NCBI GenBank assembly: GCA_963841565.1
Contig: CAWJCY010000003.1
Coordinates: 192,001-256,000, forward strand
DNA from: an uncultured Nitrososphaerales archaeon
GTDB lineage: Archaea; Thermoproteota; Nitrososphaeria; Nitrososphaerales; Nitrososphaeraceae
DNA: 64,000 nucleotides
Direction: 5' to 3'
In this document: positions 1-10,140 of the stretch, in pieces
How positions within the stretch are numbered: position 1 is the first letter of the stretch
How the letters are laid out: each line of letters begins with the position of its first letter
Translations under genes and position numbers: made by a program
Notes under the pieces: generated by a model
The model's database searches: none
Seen by the model: only the letters and a program-made list of their open reading frames with translations
What the model was told of the DNA's origin: nothing

Positions 1-396
1 CTAAACCCTATCACAATACCATTTCGATACGAGTCAAGCTATCCTGTCTCGCTGCAGGAGCTTCTGTCTGTCCTAGAGAGCATGGTATCCACCCTCACCG
101 AATCAGGGACACGGAAACCGCGCATAAATATAGAACCAGTTGAGGACTTTTCATTTGACGAATACTTTGTAAAAATAGAAGAAATCTTAGCGGAGTTCGA
201 AACGATGATCCATAGTAGGCTTCTCGAAAATGAGTATGTTTTATTCAGTAATTTGATTTTAGATATGGACCCGCTATCGAGTGCTAGATGCTTCCTTGCA
301 ATGTTGTATTTGGCCTTGAAGGGAAGCATCCATATAGAGCAAACTAATGGTAGTGAAGAAATCCTTTTATGGCGGGTTCGAGACGGTTCGCCGTAG
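1..396 (+). CDS. scpA: Segregation and condensation protein A (kleisin), C-terminal part; 5'-truncated by window edge
   Basis: Frame is open from base 1 (LNPITIPFRYESSYPVSLQELL...). The C-terminus ARCFLAMLYLALKGSIHIEQ matches the ScpA C-terminal wHTH motif (FLAxLxL...G.I...Q). Lies directly upstream of scpB. Confidence 0.8.
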   Translation, partial: LNPITIPFRYESSYPVSLQELLSVLESMVSTLTESGTRKPRINIEPVEDFSFDEYFVKIEEILAEFETMIHSRLLENEYVLFSNLILDMDPLSSARCFLAMLYLALKGSIHIEQTNGSEEILLWRVRDGSP

Positions 397-946
397 GCGT
401 AGTGTAAACACAGAGATGAAAGTGAAGGAGAATGGGCTGTTGCAAGATGAAATTAGGGCTCGTATTGAAGTTGCTCTTTATTGTTCTGGGAAACCGTTGT
501 CAGTCGATGAGCTTGTTAAGGCTTCAGGTATCACGTCGAGAGAAAAAACCATTCAAGTCATCACGGATTTGATGAATGTAATTAACTCTCAATTAAAGGC
601 TTTAGAAATAGCTAGGTTAGAGGACGGCACTTTCGTCTTGCAAGTGAAACCCATCTATCTATCAATTGTTAGAAAGTTTTCACATCAGCCTATTTTGTCA
701 CAAGCGTCTCTGAAGACCTTGTCTTATATTGCATACGAGCAGCCAGTTACCTCTACTCGGCTGGTACAAATTAGAGGTTCTCAGGTATATTCGCATCTGA
801 AGGAATTGCATAGTCACGGATTCGTTAGACACGATGCATTAGGTAGATTGAAGGTATACAAGACAACTGAGAAATTTATAAGCTATTTTGGAATTCCGAA
901 CATGGATTTGTTGAAAAGAAATCTGGTTACAACTGGTAAAGAGTAG
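347..946 (+). CDS. scpB: Segregation and condensation protein B (real start probably near 416)
   Basis: RIEVALYCSGKPLSVDEL, LSQASLKTLSYIAYEQPVT, IRG and YKTTEKFISYFG are typical ScpB motifs. Confidence 0.92.
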   Translation: MVVKKSFYGGFETVRRRRSVNTEMKVKENGLLQDEIRARIEVALYCSGKPLSVDELVKASGITSREKTIQVITDLMNVINSQLKALEIARLEDGTFVLQVKPIYLSIVRKFSHQPILSQASLKTLSYIAYEQPVTSTRLVQIRGSQVYSHLKELHSHGFVRHDALGRLKVYKTTEKFISYFGIPNMDLLKRNLVTTGKE

Positions 947-998
947 TTCTTGGATACTTATAGTTATTGATTTATTTGCTGAAAGTATCTTACGTATT

Positions 999-1013
999 GA
1001 AAAGTATTAAATT
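999..1013 (+). promoter_or_regulatory. BRE/TATA-like promoter of rps8e
   Basis: gaaaag-tattaaat lies about 25-30 nt upstream of ATG 1038, consistent with a leaderless archaeal promoter. Confidence 0.5.
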
Positions 1014-1037
1014 ACCCATTTTGGACGTTGGTCTATT

Positions 1038-1424
1038 ATGCGGAAGTCAATAGAGAACCTCACTGGCAGAAAATACACCGGGGGTAAGATTACTCCTCGC
1101 AGGAGTCGAAAGAAATATGAGACCGATAGATATCCTAATGAAGCATTAGTGGGTAAAAATATCTCAGTTTCACGGCGAACCAGAGGCGGAAATTATAAAA
1201 CTGCGTTGAAAAGTTCAGAATTTGCCAATGTAACAAACCCTGAAACTAGAAAGACTCAGAAGACACTTATTTCTCAAGTTATTCGAAACCCCGCAAATAG
1301 GGATTATGAAAGAAGAGGAGTGGTAAACAAGGGAGCAATAATTCAAACTGAGTTAGGTGTCGCAAGGGTAACATCCAGACCTGGACAAGACGGATGTGTA
1401 AACGCAATTCAAATTTCCCAATAG
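1038..1424 (+). CDS. rps8e: 30S ribosomal protein S8e
   Basis: RKYTGGK, RTRGGN, NPANRDYERRGVVNKGAII and ARVTSRPGQDGCVNA are S8e signatures. Confidence 0.97.
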   Translation: MRKSIENLTGRKYTGGKITPRRSRKKYETDRYPNEALVGKNISVSRRTRGGNYKTALKSSEFANVTNPETRKTQKTLISQVIRNPANRDYERRGVVNKGAIIQTELGVARVTSRPGQDGCVNAIQISQ

Positions 1425-2061
1425 CTCGTTCGTACTTGATCTTGGTTAATTCACCCTTTTAATGTTGAGCATAACTCCCCGTTGGAGAAAACACAACAAT
1501 ATACGATTCCGTAAAATTTGTTGGGGGAAGCATCCTTCCTTCGAAATTTGTTAAAGAAGCAATTTAAGGCCTACCAAAACGCTTTACTGTTTTCCTGTCC
1601 GGGTATATAATGGCGCATCTTCAAAAACCTCTTTGAACGCTAATGAAATTCGATTTCGGCTAGCCTTTGCTAACTTCGATCGTGAAGTATCGCAACTTTA
1701 GTATCTTGAATCTACCACCTATCTCTGAAAAGGGTTTGAAACAGACGCGAATCGCGAAATAATGGTTCATCGGACTGGTATCTAACTTTATTTGTGTGCA
1801 AAGGCATCAATGCACCTTTGATATATTCATCAAGGTGAATTTGATTATATTGTTCCTCGATGCTATCAAATTCTTGAGAAATTAATAAGTGAAGTACCCC
1901 TCGGCATATTCGTATTTACCGACTTTGTTTTATGTTGGGAGACTTTGCTTCAAGTAGCCTTCTGTGAAATTGTCTTAGAATATAAAGGAAAGGATATTAG
2001 AGTGGTTATTGAAAGATAAGACGTTACTACGAGTATCGAAATCATAGCTCCACATGCCGCT

Positions 2062-2817
2062 TTGTCATTTAAGTACTATGGTGAGCCGGGTATCTCTCCC
2101 AAAAAGTACCTCGTTATCTCCGATCTTCACCTAGGTTTCGAGTACAATCTCGTGGAGAAAGGGATTCAAATAAATTCGAAATTCTTTACCCAACAAATAG
2201 TTTCAGAGGTACACGCAATAATAAGAGGTTTCAAACCCGATGGAATAATACTGCTTGGAGATATTAAAGATTCAATTCTCAATATTAACTCTATAGAATG
2301 GTATCATATACCTCGGTTCTTGAAGGATCTCACTGACGATTATCACGTCTATCTAATTCCGGGAAATCACGATGTCAAAATCGAAAGTTTGTCCCCAGCT
2401 GATGTGTCAATAGCTAGTACCACAGGGATTACAATAGGTGATACGCTCTTCTTACATGGTCATACGATGCCATCAAGTAAAAAATCAGCTGTAAACAAAA
2501 TAGTAATGGGACATTTGCACCCAGTTCTAAATAAGCCCGATAGCAACCTAAACGGTGAACGTGTTTGGATATTCCTAAGGGTTAAGAAAAGTTCTGTTTT
2601 CAAAAACGAAGAGGGGTACCTTGACTTAGTAACTATGCCTTCGATTAACAGATTTATCACTCCCTCCAATCACTTTAGGAGAAAGAACAGAATTGTTTCT
2701 ATGTCACCTATTATTAGAAACGCAACGAAATCTAATGACTATGTTAAACAGGCTTTAGTGGTTTGTTTGGACGGATATGTGTTGGGGGACGAAAGACTGC
2801 TTCCATTTGTAACTTGA
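2062..2817 (+). CDS. Calcineurin-like metallophosphoesterase (start uncertain)
   Basis: Motifs SDLHLG, LLGD, PGNHD, HGH and MGHLHP. Confidence 0.9.
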   Translation: MSFKYYGEPGISPKKYLVISDLHLGFEYNLVEKGIQINSKFFTQQIVSEVHAIIRGFKPDGIILLGDIKDSILNINSIEWYHIPRFLKDLTDDYHVYLIPGNHDVKIESLSPADVSIASTTGITIGDTLFLHGHTMPSSKKSAVNKIVMGHLHPVLNKPDSNLNGERVWIFLRVKKSSVFKNEEGYLDLVTMPSINRFITPSNHFRRKNRIVSMSPIIRNATKSNDYVKQALVVCLDGYVLGDERLLPFVT

Positions 2818-2885
2818 ATATCACCCAAATCTAAAGATGGTCAGCTCAAAGCAAAGGATCTTTGATTTAACCGACTTGTAATGGC

Positions 2886-5800
2886 CTATGATTCAAAGTA
2901 CTGCCTTAGGTAATCAAAGGTAGGTGTATGAGTCCTAATCCATTCCAATGTGTCAATAAATGTGGAAGCAGATTCAACCGTAGTTAGAACAGGTATTCCA
3001 AGTTCGACCGCCTTCCTGCGTATTTGATATTCATCATCTAGCATCCCAACGTATTTCTCGATTGTAGACGTGGATGGAATATTAATGATGAAATCTATCT
3101 GACGTCTAAAAAGCATTTCTGAAATATTGGGTTTTCTGAGAGGTTCGCTAATCTTGTATACCCTTTCAACTGGGCGAATGTTGAACTTTTCAATAAAATC
3201 TGCGGTGTGTTCTGTGGCAATAATTGAGTAACCCATGTTACCGATCTTTCGTGCAAGTGGAAGGAGTCTTTCCTTGTTAATAGGTCCACCTGCCGTTATC
3301 AAAACTCTGCCACTAAGTGGCAAATTGAAACCGGCCGCAACGTAGGCTTTCGACAGCGCGTCGTGAAAACTTGATCCAAAACAGGCTACTTCTCCTGTAG
3401 ATTGCATTTCAACACCAAGAACAATATCTGCGCCATCGAGCTGCATAAAAGAAAATTGAGGAACTTTTATGCCGAAACCAGACTTTCTTAACCAAATGTC
3501 GCCACGATCAACAGGCAGTTTCTTTCCTAAGATGGCTTGAGCCGCCAAGGATATTAGATTTAGGCCGGTGAATTTTGATACAAACGGCATTGACCTAGAA
3601 GCACGGACATTGGCTTCTATTACGAATACCTGACCGTTCTTTACCAAAAACTGTATATTGAAAGGTCCTATTATCTTCATAGCCATGCCAATTCTTTTAC
3701 TGTATTCAATGATCGTTTCTATAGTTTCTCTATTTAATCTCCAAGGAGGAATGCACATCATTGCGTCTCCCGAGTGTACGCCAGCGTTGTCGATATGTTC
3801 GATAACCGAACCAATTATAACGCAATGTCCGTCTCCTACTGCATCAACTTCCACTTCTGAAGCATTCTCCAAAAACTTCGTCATAACAATTGGGTGATCA
3901 GGGCTTACGTTTGTAGCCTCAGTCAAATATTTCTCTAACTGCTCTGGGGTCCAGACAACCTTCATTGCAGCACCGCTGAGCACATAGGAAGGTCTAACAA
4001 GTAGTGGGTATTTTACAATCTCTGCAAATGATCGTGCCTCATTTATGCTCGTAAATTTTTTCCAGGCAGGCTGTCTTATACCCAACGAATCAAGTAGCCT
4101 TCCGAACTTGGATCGATCTTCGGCCTGGTCTACACTCGCGGCAGATGTTCCTACAATGTTGATATTTGCAGAGGCTAACCTTGGAGTCAGTATATTTGCA
4201 GTCTGGCCCCCAACGCATGTCACTATCCCGTCAGAATTTTCTCTTTCGCAAATGTCCATTACTCTTTCATATGTTAGTTCCTCGAAATACAAGCGGTCGC
4301 AAATATCGTAATCGGTGGAGACGGTCTCAGGGTTACAGTTAATGATCGTGACTTCTTTGCAACCATTTTCCTTTAGACCCCAAACCATATTTACAGTGCC
4401 CCAATCAAATTCTACACTACTACCTATCCTGTATGGTCCAGCGCCTAAGACTATTACCTTTGAAGGCATACCCTCAGTTCGGGGCTTGCTAGCCTTCATA
4501 TTAGATATTAATGTCTTGTTTTTTATTTTTGAATCATAGTGAATGTCATCAAATTGGCCGCCATAAGTGAGATATAGATAGTTGGTCTTTGCTGGCCATT
4601 CTGCAGCCAAAGTGTCAATCTGTTTGGTAACAGGGCGAATCATCAACTTCGTTCTTAGTGATCTTACATCAATTTCATCAATGTTAGAGCAGTTGGCAAT
4701 TTGGACGTCTGAGAATCCCAGTTTCTTTGCTTCGAGCAGAATGCTCTTATCGAGACATGAAGTTCTCAGCTTCTTCTCAGTCTTGATTATTGTTTGAACC
4801 TTGTTTAGAAACCAAGGATCTATTGATGAGAGTGAGTTAATACGCTCCACAGACATGCCCACTTTCAATGCTCTTACCACATCAAAAAGGATCTCATCTG
4901 TCGGATGCAATAGAGCTTGTTCGAAGGATTCAATGTCATAATCTCCTATACTACTATTAATATTACTATTACTATTACTATTTTTATTTCTATTACTATT
5001 TTCAGTGCCAACTCTTATTGATGAAGACAACCCTACAGTGTTATATTGTTGCGAATTTGCACCTGGACTAGGAAGATTACTCGTGTTTTCCGGCAAATTT
5101 GGATCCAAAGTATTATTAGAATCCATTCCTTCTCTTTCTATAGATTCCGAAAGTGGCTTTCTTTCCTTACCTAAATTAGTTGTACCATAACTTTTTTCGG
5201 AAATAAATGTGGAAGAAGAATTATCACCTTCTGACCCATCAATATCAATCCTAGAATTGGAAACAAGGCCATGCTTTCCATTGTCGCACATTCTGATTGC
5301 CTTTTGAAGTACCTCTTCAAAGCTTCTGCCAATCGCCATTACCTCTCCAACTGATTTCATTGTGCTGCCCAGTCTCTTTTTTACTAATTCAAATTTCTTG
5401 AAATCCCATCTAGGCATCTTCAGTACAATGTAGTCTAATGAAGGCTCAAAGCAGGCTGTGGTGGCTTTCGTGACAGTATTAACTAATTCAGGGAGCGAGT
5501 AGCCTAAACTTATCTTAGCGGCCATGTATGCTAACGGATATCCGGTAGCCTTACTGGCCAATGCTGAGGATCTAGATAACCTCGCATTTACCTCGATAAC
5601 GCAATAATTTTCTGAACTGGGGTCAAGCCCGAACTGAATGTTGCACTCCCCGATGATATCACATTTCTTGGTAGCTTTCAAAGCGGCACTGCGAAGTTTA
5701 TGATATTCGTAGTTGTTTAGTGTCTGAGAAGGAGCCACGACAATGTTATCCCCCGTGTGAACCTTCATGGCTAAAACGTTCTCCATATTACATATTATTA

Positions 5801-6513
5801 CACTGTTTCCATGGTGGTCTCGCATGACTTCGTATTCAATCTGCTTCCAAGTTCCTACGTATTTTTCAATTAGAACCTGTCGAACTACGCTAAGCGAGAG
5901 TCCTCGTTGTACTATCTCCTGCAATTCGTAATCATTATAGGCAACACCACCGCCTCGTCCACCCAATGTATAGGCCACCCTTATAATTACCGGATACCCA
6001 ATCCGTCTGGCAATTTGTTGGGACACTTCGACAGAGTTCGCTGATGAGCTTTCAAGAACTGGAAGCCCACATTCAGCCATACTATCTTTGAAAAGTTGTC
6101 TATCTTCGGTGGTTTGAATACCGGGAATTTGAGTGCCTAATACCTTTATTCCATATTTCTTGAGGATCCCATTTTTCTCCAACGCAACGCCACAGTTTAA
6201 CGCTGTCTGGCCTCCAAAACTCAACATTATCGAATCTGGTCGTTCGAGTTCTATTATATTGGTCACATAGTCAAGGTTGACAGGCAAAAGATATACTCGA
6301 TCCGCGAATCTGCTATCGGTTTGAATAGTCGCAATATTTGGATTTATTAACAGAGTGTTTATGTTATCTTCCCTTAATGCTTTGAGGCATTGAGAACCAG
6401 AGTAATCGAAATGACGGTCTTCGGTTTACCGAATGACTTTCGCCTGCTTCTCCGATTTTTATTGCCCCGCTACCAAGGACTAGAACTTTCTTGATATTTT
6501 CATGTTTTCCCAA
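2886..6513 (-). CDS. carB: Carbamoyl-phosphate synthase large subunit; predicted exon 1 6513-6439 (TTG start, 25 codons) and exon 2 6410-2886, separated by a 28-nt candidate intron
   Basis: Exon 1 gives KKVLVLGSGAIKIGEAGE. Exon 2 continues FDYSGSQCLKALREDNINTLLINPNIATIQTD in frame with ORF 2886..6287, which has two ATP-grasp halves (ARLSRSSALASKATGYPLA; GAGPYRIGSSVEFDW; HSGDA; RASRSMPFVSK) and a C-terminal MGS-like domain. Confidence 0.96.
4951..5001. repeat. Imperfect (CTATTA)n microsatellite encoding an Asn/Ser-rich tract inside carB
   Basis: ctactattaatattactattactattactatttttatttctattactatt encodes NSNRNKNSNSNSNINSS on the minus strand. Confidence 0.7.
6411..6438 (-). other. Candidate archaeal BHB/BHL-type intron in carB pre-mRNA (28 nt)
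   Basis: mRNA GGCG-AA^A-GUC-A-UUCGG-UAAA-CCGAA-GAC-CGUC-AU^U-UCGAUU. It has a 4-bp central helix GGCG/CGUC, a 3-nt AAA bulge and an intron hairpin. Cutting after the second nt of each bulge gives GGC GAA UUC GAU (G-E-F-D) in frame. Confidence 0.85.
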
Positions 6514-6831
6514 TTCTCCTTTTCCCCTATAAATCCCACAGCATCCCAAATAATATTATTCTGCTCCGGGTTGAATAAATCTTCAGTAATTGAAAGCTCT
6601 ACATCCAAATTTTGATGCATTTCTCAAATATCAAATCATGAAGTGTTCCATATTACTGTATTCCTTTGTCCTAAAGCTGACCGAAACTAGTTGCAGAATT
6701 GAATCGTATCACCGTATCTTCATCTTCATCTACTACAGTAATAACGACTTCCTGCTCCTGCTGCTCAAATTAGTTAACTATCTATGCCAATAAGCTGGCT
6801 CAATACCCATATTCCGACTAAAGTTAGTTTG

Positions 6832-8064
6832 TTAGGTATTGCAACTCCCATGAGGTTTGTCTCTATGAGTAGTCAGCTTGTAGCAATTCTTGATAATGTC
6901 TCTGAATCTTTCGAAGACAAACATACAATCATAAGGCCCTGGAGAAGCCTCAGGGTGAAATTGTACGCCGATGATAGGTTTGGAATCATGTTGAATTCCT
7001 TCTATGGTCTCGTCATCGGGATTGTAAAACCAAGTAGTAAAATCTGTTTTCTGTAGGCTCAATGCATCTATCCCATAGCCATGATTTTGACTCGTTATGT
7101 AGGTAGTATTGTCGTTTTTGTCGATGCAGGGCTTATTTTGTCCTCGGTGGCCGTATTTTAGCTTGTATGTTTTAGCCCCGGCTGCTAGCGCCAGAATCTG
7201 ATTACCAAGACAAATACCTAATGTAGGTATCGATTCTTCAATTAGTTTTTTGGCCGTATTGATGGTTTCTGCGCAGATCTCAGGGTCGCCTGGTCCGTTG
7301 CTTATAACGACCCCTACTGGATCATATGCCTTCAGAGAATGATAATCAATATCCCAAGGTAGCCTGACTACTGAGAATCCCAAAGATAAGATGTTACGGA
7401 CTATACTAAACTTCGTTCCGGTATCCAATAGAACTATTCTCCTCTTGTTGGAGCTTTTGATATCCTCGATAACAGGATCATAAAACTCGGCTTCTTCAGT
7501 CGAAACCTCTGGCATAAAGTTCACCCCATCATAACTTGAACGTTCAAGTCGCTCTTTTATACTAGCCAAACTTAACTTAGTCCCATGGGCTGTTGACTTT
7601 ATTTCCCCGTCAACTGCGACAGACTTTCCAGCCCTTTTTGAACTACCTATTGCGTTGACGTTTATAGCACCCATCATAACTCCGTGTGCTCTAAGTCGTT
7701 TGGTTAATTCACGTGTATCAACTCCGTATATCCCCGGTATCTTTTGATCGTATAACCATTCATCGAGGGTCCTAATAGAACTCCAATGGCTTGCACTAGT
7801 TGAAAGATTATGAACAATCAATCCTCTGACCTGAATGGACATAGATTCGAAAAATCTAGGAAGTCCGAATTCATCTTTTAAGTTGAAATCAGGGACACCA
7901 TAGTTTCCAATCAGTGGATATGTTAGGCATAAAATTTGGCCTCTGTAAGAAGGATCTGTTAGTGTTTCAGTATATCCTACCATGCCCGTGTTAAAAACTA
8001 CTTCCCCTTCCACGTATGTTGGGTACCCAAATCCGATGCCCCTCATCGTCAATCCATCCTTCAA
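6832..8064 (-). CDS. carA: Carbamoyl-phosphate synthase small (glutaminase) subunit; true start probably slightly upstream
   Basis: GEVVFNTGMVGYTETLTDPSYRGQIL, SNGPGDP, GICLGNQ (catalytic Cys), YGHRGQN, TSQNHGY and QFHPEASPGP. Confidence 0.96.
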   Translation of the reverse strand: MKDGLTMRGIGFGYPTYVEGEVVFNTGMVGYTETLTDPSYRGQILCLTYPLIGNYGVPDFNLKDEFGLPRFFESMSIQVRGLIVHNLSTSASHWSSIRTLDEWLYDQKIPGIYGVDTRELTKRLRAHGVMMGAINVNAIGSSKRAGKSVAVDGEIKSTAHGTKLSLASIKERLERSSYDGVNFMPEVSTEEAEFYDPVIEDIKSSNKRRIVLLDTGTKFSIVRNILSLGFSVVRLPWDIDYHSLKAYDPVGVVISNGPGDPEICAETINTAKKLIEESIPTLGICLGNQILALAAGAKTYKLKYGHRGQNKPCIDKNDNTTYITSQNHGYGIDALSLQKTDFTTWFYNPDDETIEGIQHDSKPIIGVQFHPEASPGPYDCMFVFERFRDIIKNCYKLTTHRDKPHGSCNT

Positions 8065-8267
8065 TACGAGGCATCCCGCGAGCCCATATTCAGACCTGAT
8101 TAGAATGGTGAAATTTGAACCCTTCAGCCAGTTTGAATCGATGAGATTTAAACTTTCTTGTTAGTTAAGATTATCGAAGGCATTGAACGAGACCGTTTTC
8201 TAGCCATATTCTTTATCTATAAAAGACCCAACAAGCATTTTCAGGTAGCGAACAGGTTAAATGGAGT

Positions 8268-9249
8268 ATGCTTTACGTCTATACTATGAGAGACAGCGCT
8301 CTTGTATTCTATTCTCTACTCACCATTGTTATGATGTTTGCTACGTTCCAAGTGAGCACAACTTCAGAATCGGTATTTTTGTCTGAAGCTGGTGCCGTAA
8401 ATGATGCTTTTAGCGTGCAGGAAGTAAATTCTACAAATCACAAAAAAGATATTTTTGGTATATCCGAAATATACCCTACAGTTAGCGGAGGAAGAGAATG
8501 GTTCGTAAATATGACTAACCCGGCTAACAGTTCACACTTTAGTGAAACCGGAGGTTTTGAGCTAATTAAACAGAATGATGGTTCATGGAGAGTTAACTCT
8601 ACCCACGTTAGGTTGGTCGTTGAGACTCCGCAAAATATGACAGAGTGGAAGAACGTGGAAATCACTGGTTATGCGAAATTGAGCCTACTGAAAAATGTTA
8701 ACTCGACCTCATCTATCGATTCAAATTCCAACAGCACAACGACGAATAATAGTGATTCAGGAGAAATTGATGATTTTGCATTCATAGGTCGCAGTGGCAG
8801 ACATAGTTCGGTAGTTCCTTGTGAGGGGACCGCCTATGTCGGCGGTTTACACAAGGATGGTTCAGTTGGATGGAAGAAGGAGATTTGGCATACAGGTGGA
8901 TATACTGATGAACGGGCAATGAATATTGTCACGGAGCCAATATTAAATAGGTGGGTGGGATGGAAAGTGATAATTTATGACGTGCAGGTGAATAACCATA
9001 CGGCGGTAAAATTAGAATCATATCTCGATGACCATAATAATGACAGTTGGAAGAAGGTCACTGAAATAATCGACAACGGAGGGTGGTACTCGAAGAAGCT
9101 CGGATGAAGAGTTTTTCAGTGCGGACTGCGGGAAGGCGCGAGACCACATTATCGTCGAAGCTGGTCCTTTCGTAATATTTAGAACGGATAACCTTCTTCT
9201 TGATTTTAAGAATTTGAGTATAAGAGAGATTAATGCTCCATTGGCATAA
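8268..9249 (+). pseudogene. Secreted protein with a thaumarchaeal carbohydrate-binding/lyase-like domain; frameshift near 9092
   Basis: N-terminal hydrophobic signal, then DIFGISEIYPT..GGREW, EWKNVEITGY and CEGTAY. Continues in another frame (SSDEEFFSADCG...FKNLSIREINAPLA*). Paralogous to the domain at 60340-61110. Confidence 0.7.
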
Positions 9250-9393
9250 TTGAATAGCACGGTATCATTTACAAGTACTTTCGTAAGTATCGATAGTGGA
9301 TTCATCCTATTTCGAATTCATGCGAACTTGCAAATCTAGCCCTTTTGATAAACTCTTCTGCTGGCAATTAGATAGCGCCACCAGTTAACTTGC

Positions 9394-9597
9394 CTAGTCT
9401 TTCTTGAGTTTTTTGGCAGCTTCCAATATTATTTTTGCTACGTCACGCTCAATTCCAAGTGAAGATGCAAGATGATCAACGTCAGATGATATAATAGAGT
9501 CAAACGTAAATCCTGATCTTGTCAATAGCTCTTTGAGCCCATCAGGAATCTCCAGTTCCTGAATTGTATATTCCATAACAAAAGTAATTTTGGACAT
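9394..9597 (-). CDS. Small hypothetical protein, helix-hairpin-helix-like
   Basis: Pattern IQELEIPDGLKELL..G....I......LASSLGIERDVAKIILEAAK resembles RadA N-terminal/HhH domains. Confidence 0.55.
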   Translation of the reverse strand: MSKITFVMEYTIQELEIPDGLKELLTRSGFTFDSIISSDVDHLASSLGIERDVAKIILEAAKKLKKD

Positions 9598-9681
9598 ACT
9601 AATATACTCTTCTAGTAAATTTATATATAGATGATATCGGCATCACAGAAATACCTTTTGCCCTATGAATAGTTTGTCATA

Positions 9682-9939
9682 TTGGCGCAGCGGTCATCTG
9701 TATTTGATAACATAGACGATTGGAGTCTTATAATAGATTCTAGGCGCGAGGCAACCACCTCAGATCAAGCGTTGTGTGGTAGGGTGGTGGCTGAATTCAA
9801 AGATGCAATAATTGTTTTAAATTTTGGTCGCTACCAGACAAATAAATTTCTAGTACCGAAATCCAAAGTGGATGGATTTGACGGAACACGTGTACACCTC
9901 AAAATTCCTGAAACGAATCTATTCTTGTTTTGCTATTAA
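9682..9939 (+). CDS. Small PRC-barrel-like hypothetical protein
   Basis: W...I......T.D....G.V...KFLVPKSKVDGFDG..V.LKIP; paralog of 42938..43147. Confidence 0.55.
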   Translation: MAQRSSVFDNIDDWSLIIDSRREATTSDQALCGRVVAEFKDAIIVLNFGRYQTNKFLVPKSKVDGFDGTRVHLKIPETNLFLFCY

Positions 9940-10140
9940 GTTACATCTACTAATTCCTTTAATAATGACAAAGAAATAGTGTCCACTTGCGTTCACCTTG
10001 GACGTGCTACGCAATTTTATTCAATGATAATAGAAATGGATTCTTAAGCACAGGTGTCCAAAAAAGATACTATTCCATGACTTCTCTAATCAAGTTTTCT
10101 CGATAGTTGAAACAAGTAATCACAAAGGCCAATAACCAAT

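Noticed and set aside
1425-2000. Possible gene (e.g. SRP19) or ncRNA after rps8e
   Set aside because: Only short interrupted frames were found, with no recognisable motif or convincing structure.
4940-5255. Intein or second intron in carB
   Set aside because: No Cys/Ser...His-Asn intein termini and no BHB pairing at the borders; it is an in-frame low-complexity sequence.
6364-6549. ORF-track 61-aa protein as an independent gene
   Set aside because: It is carB exon 1 read through the candidate intron.
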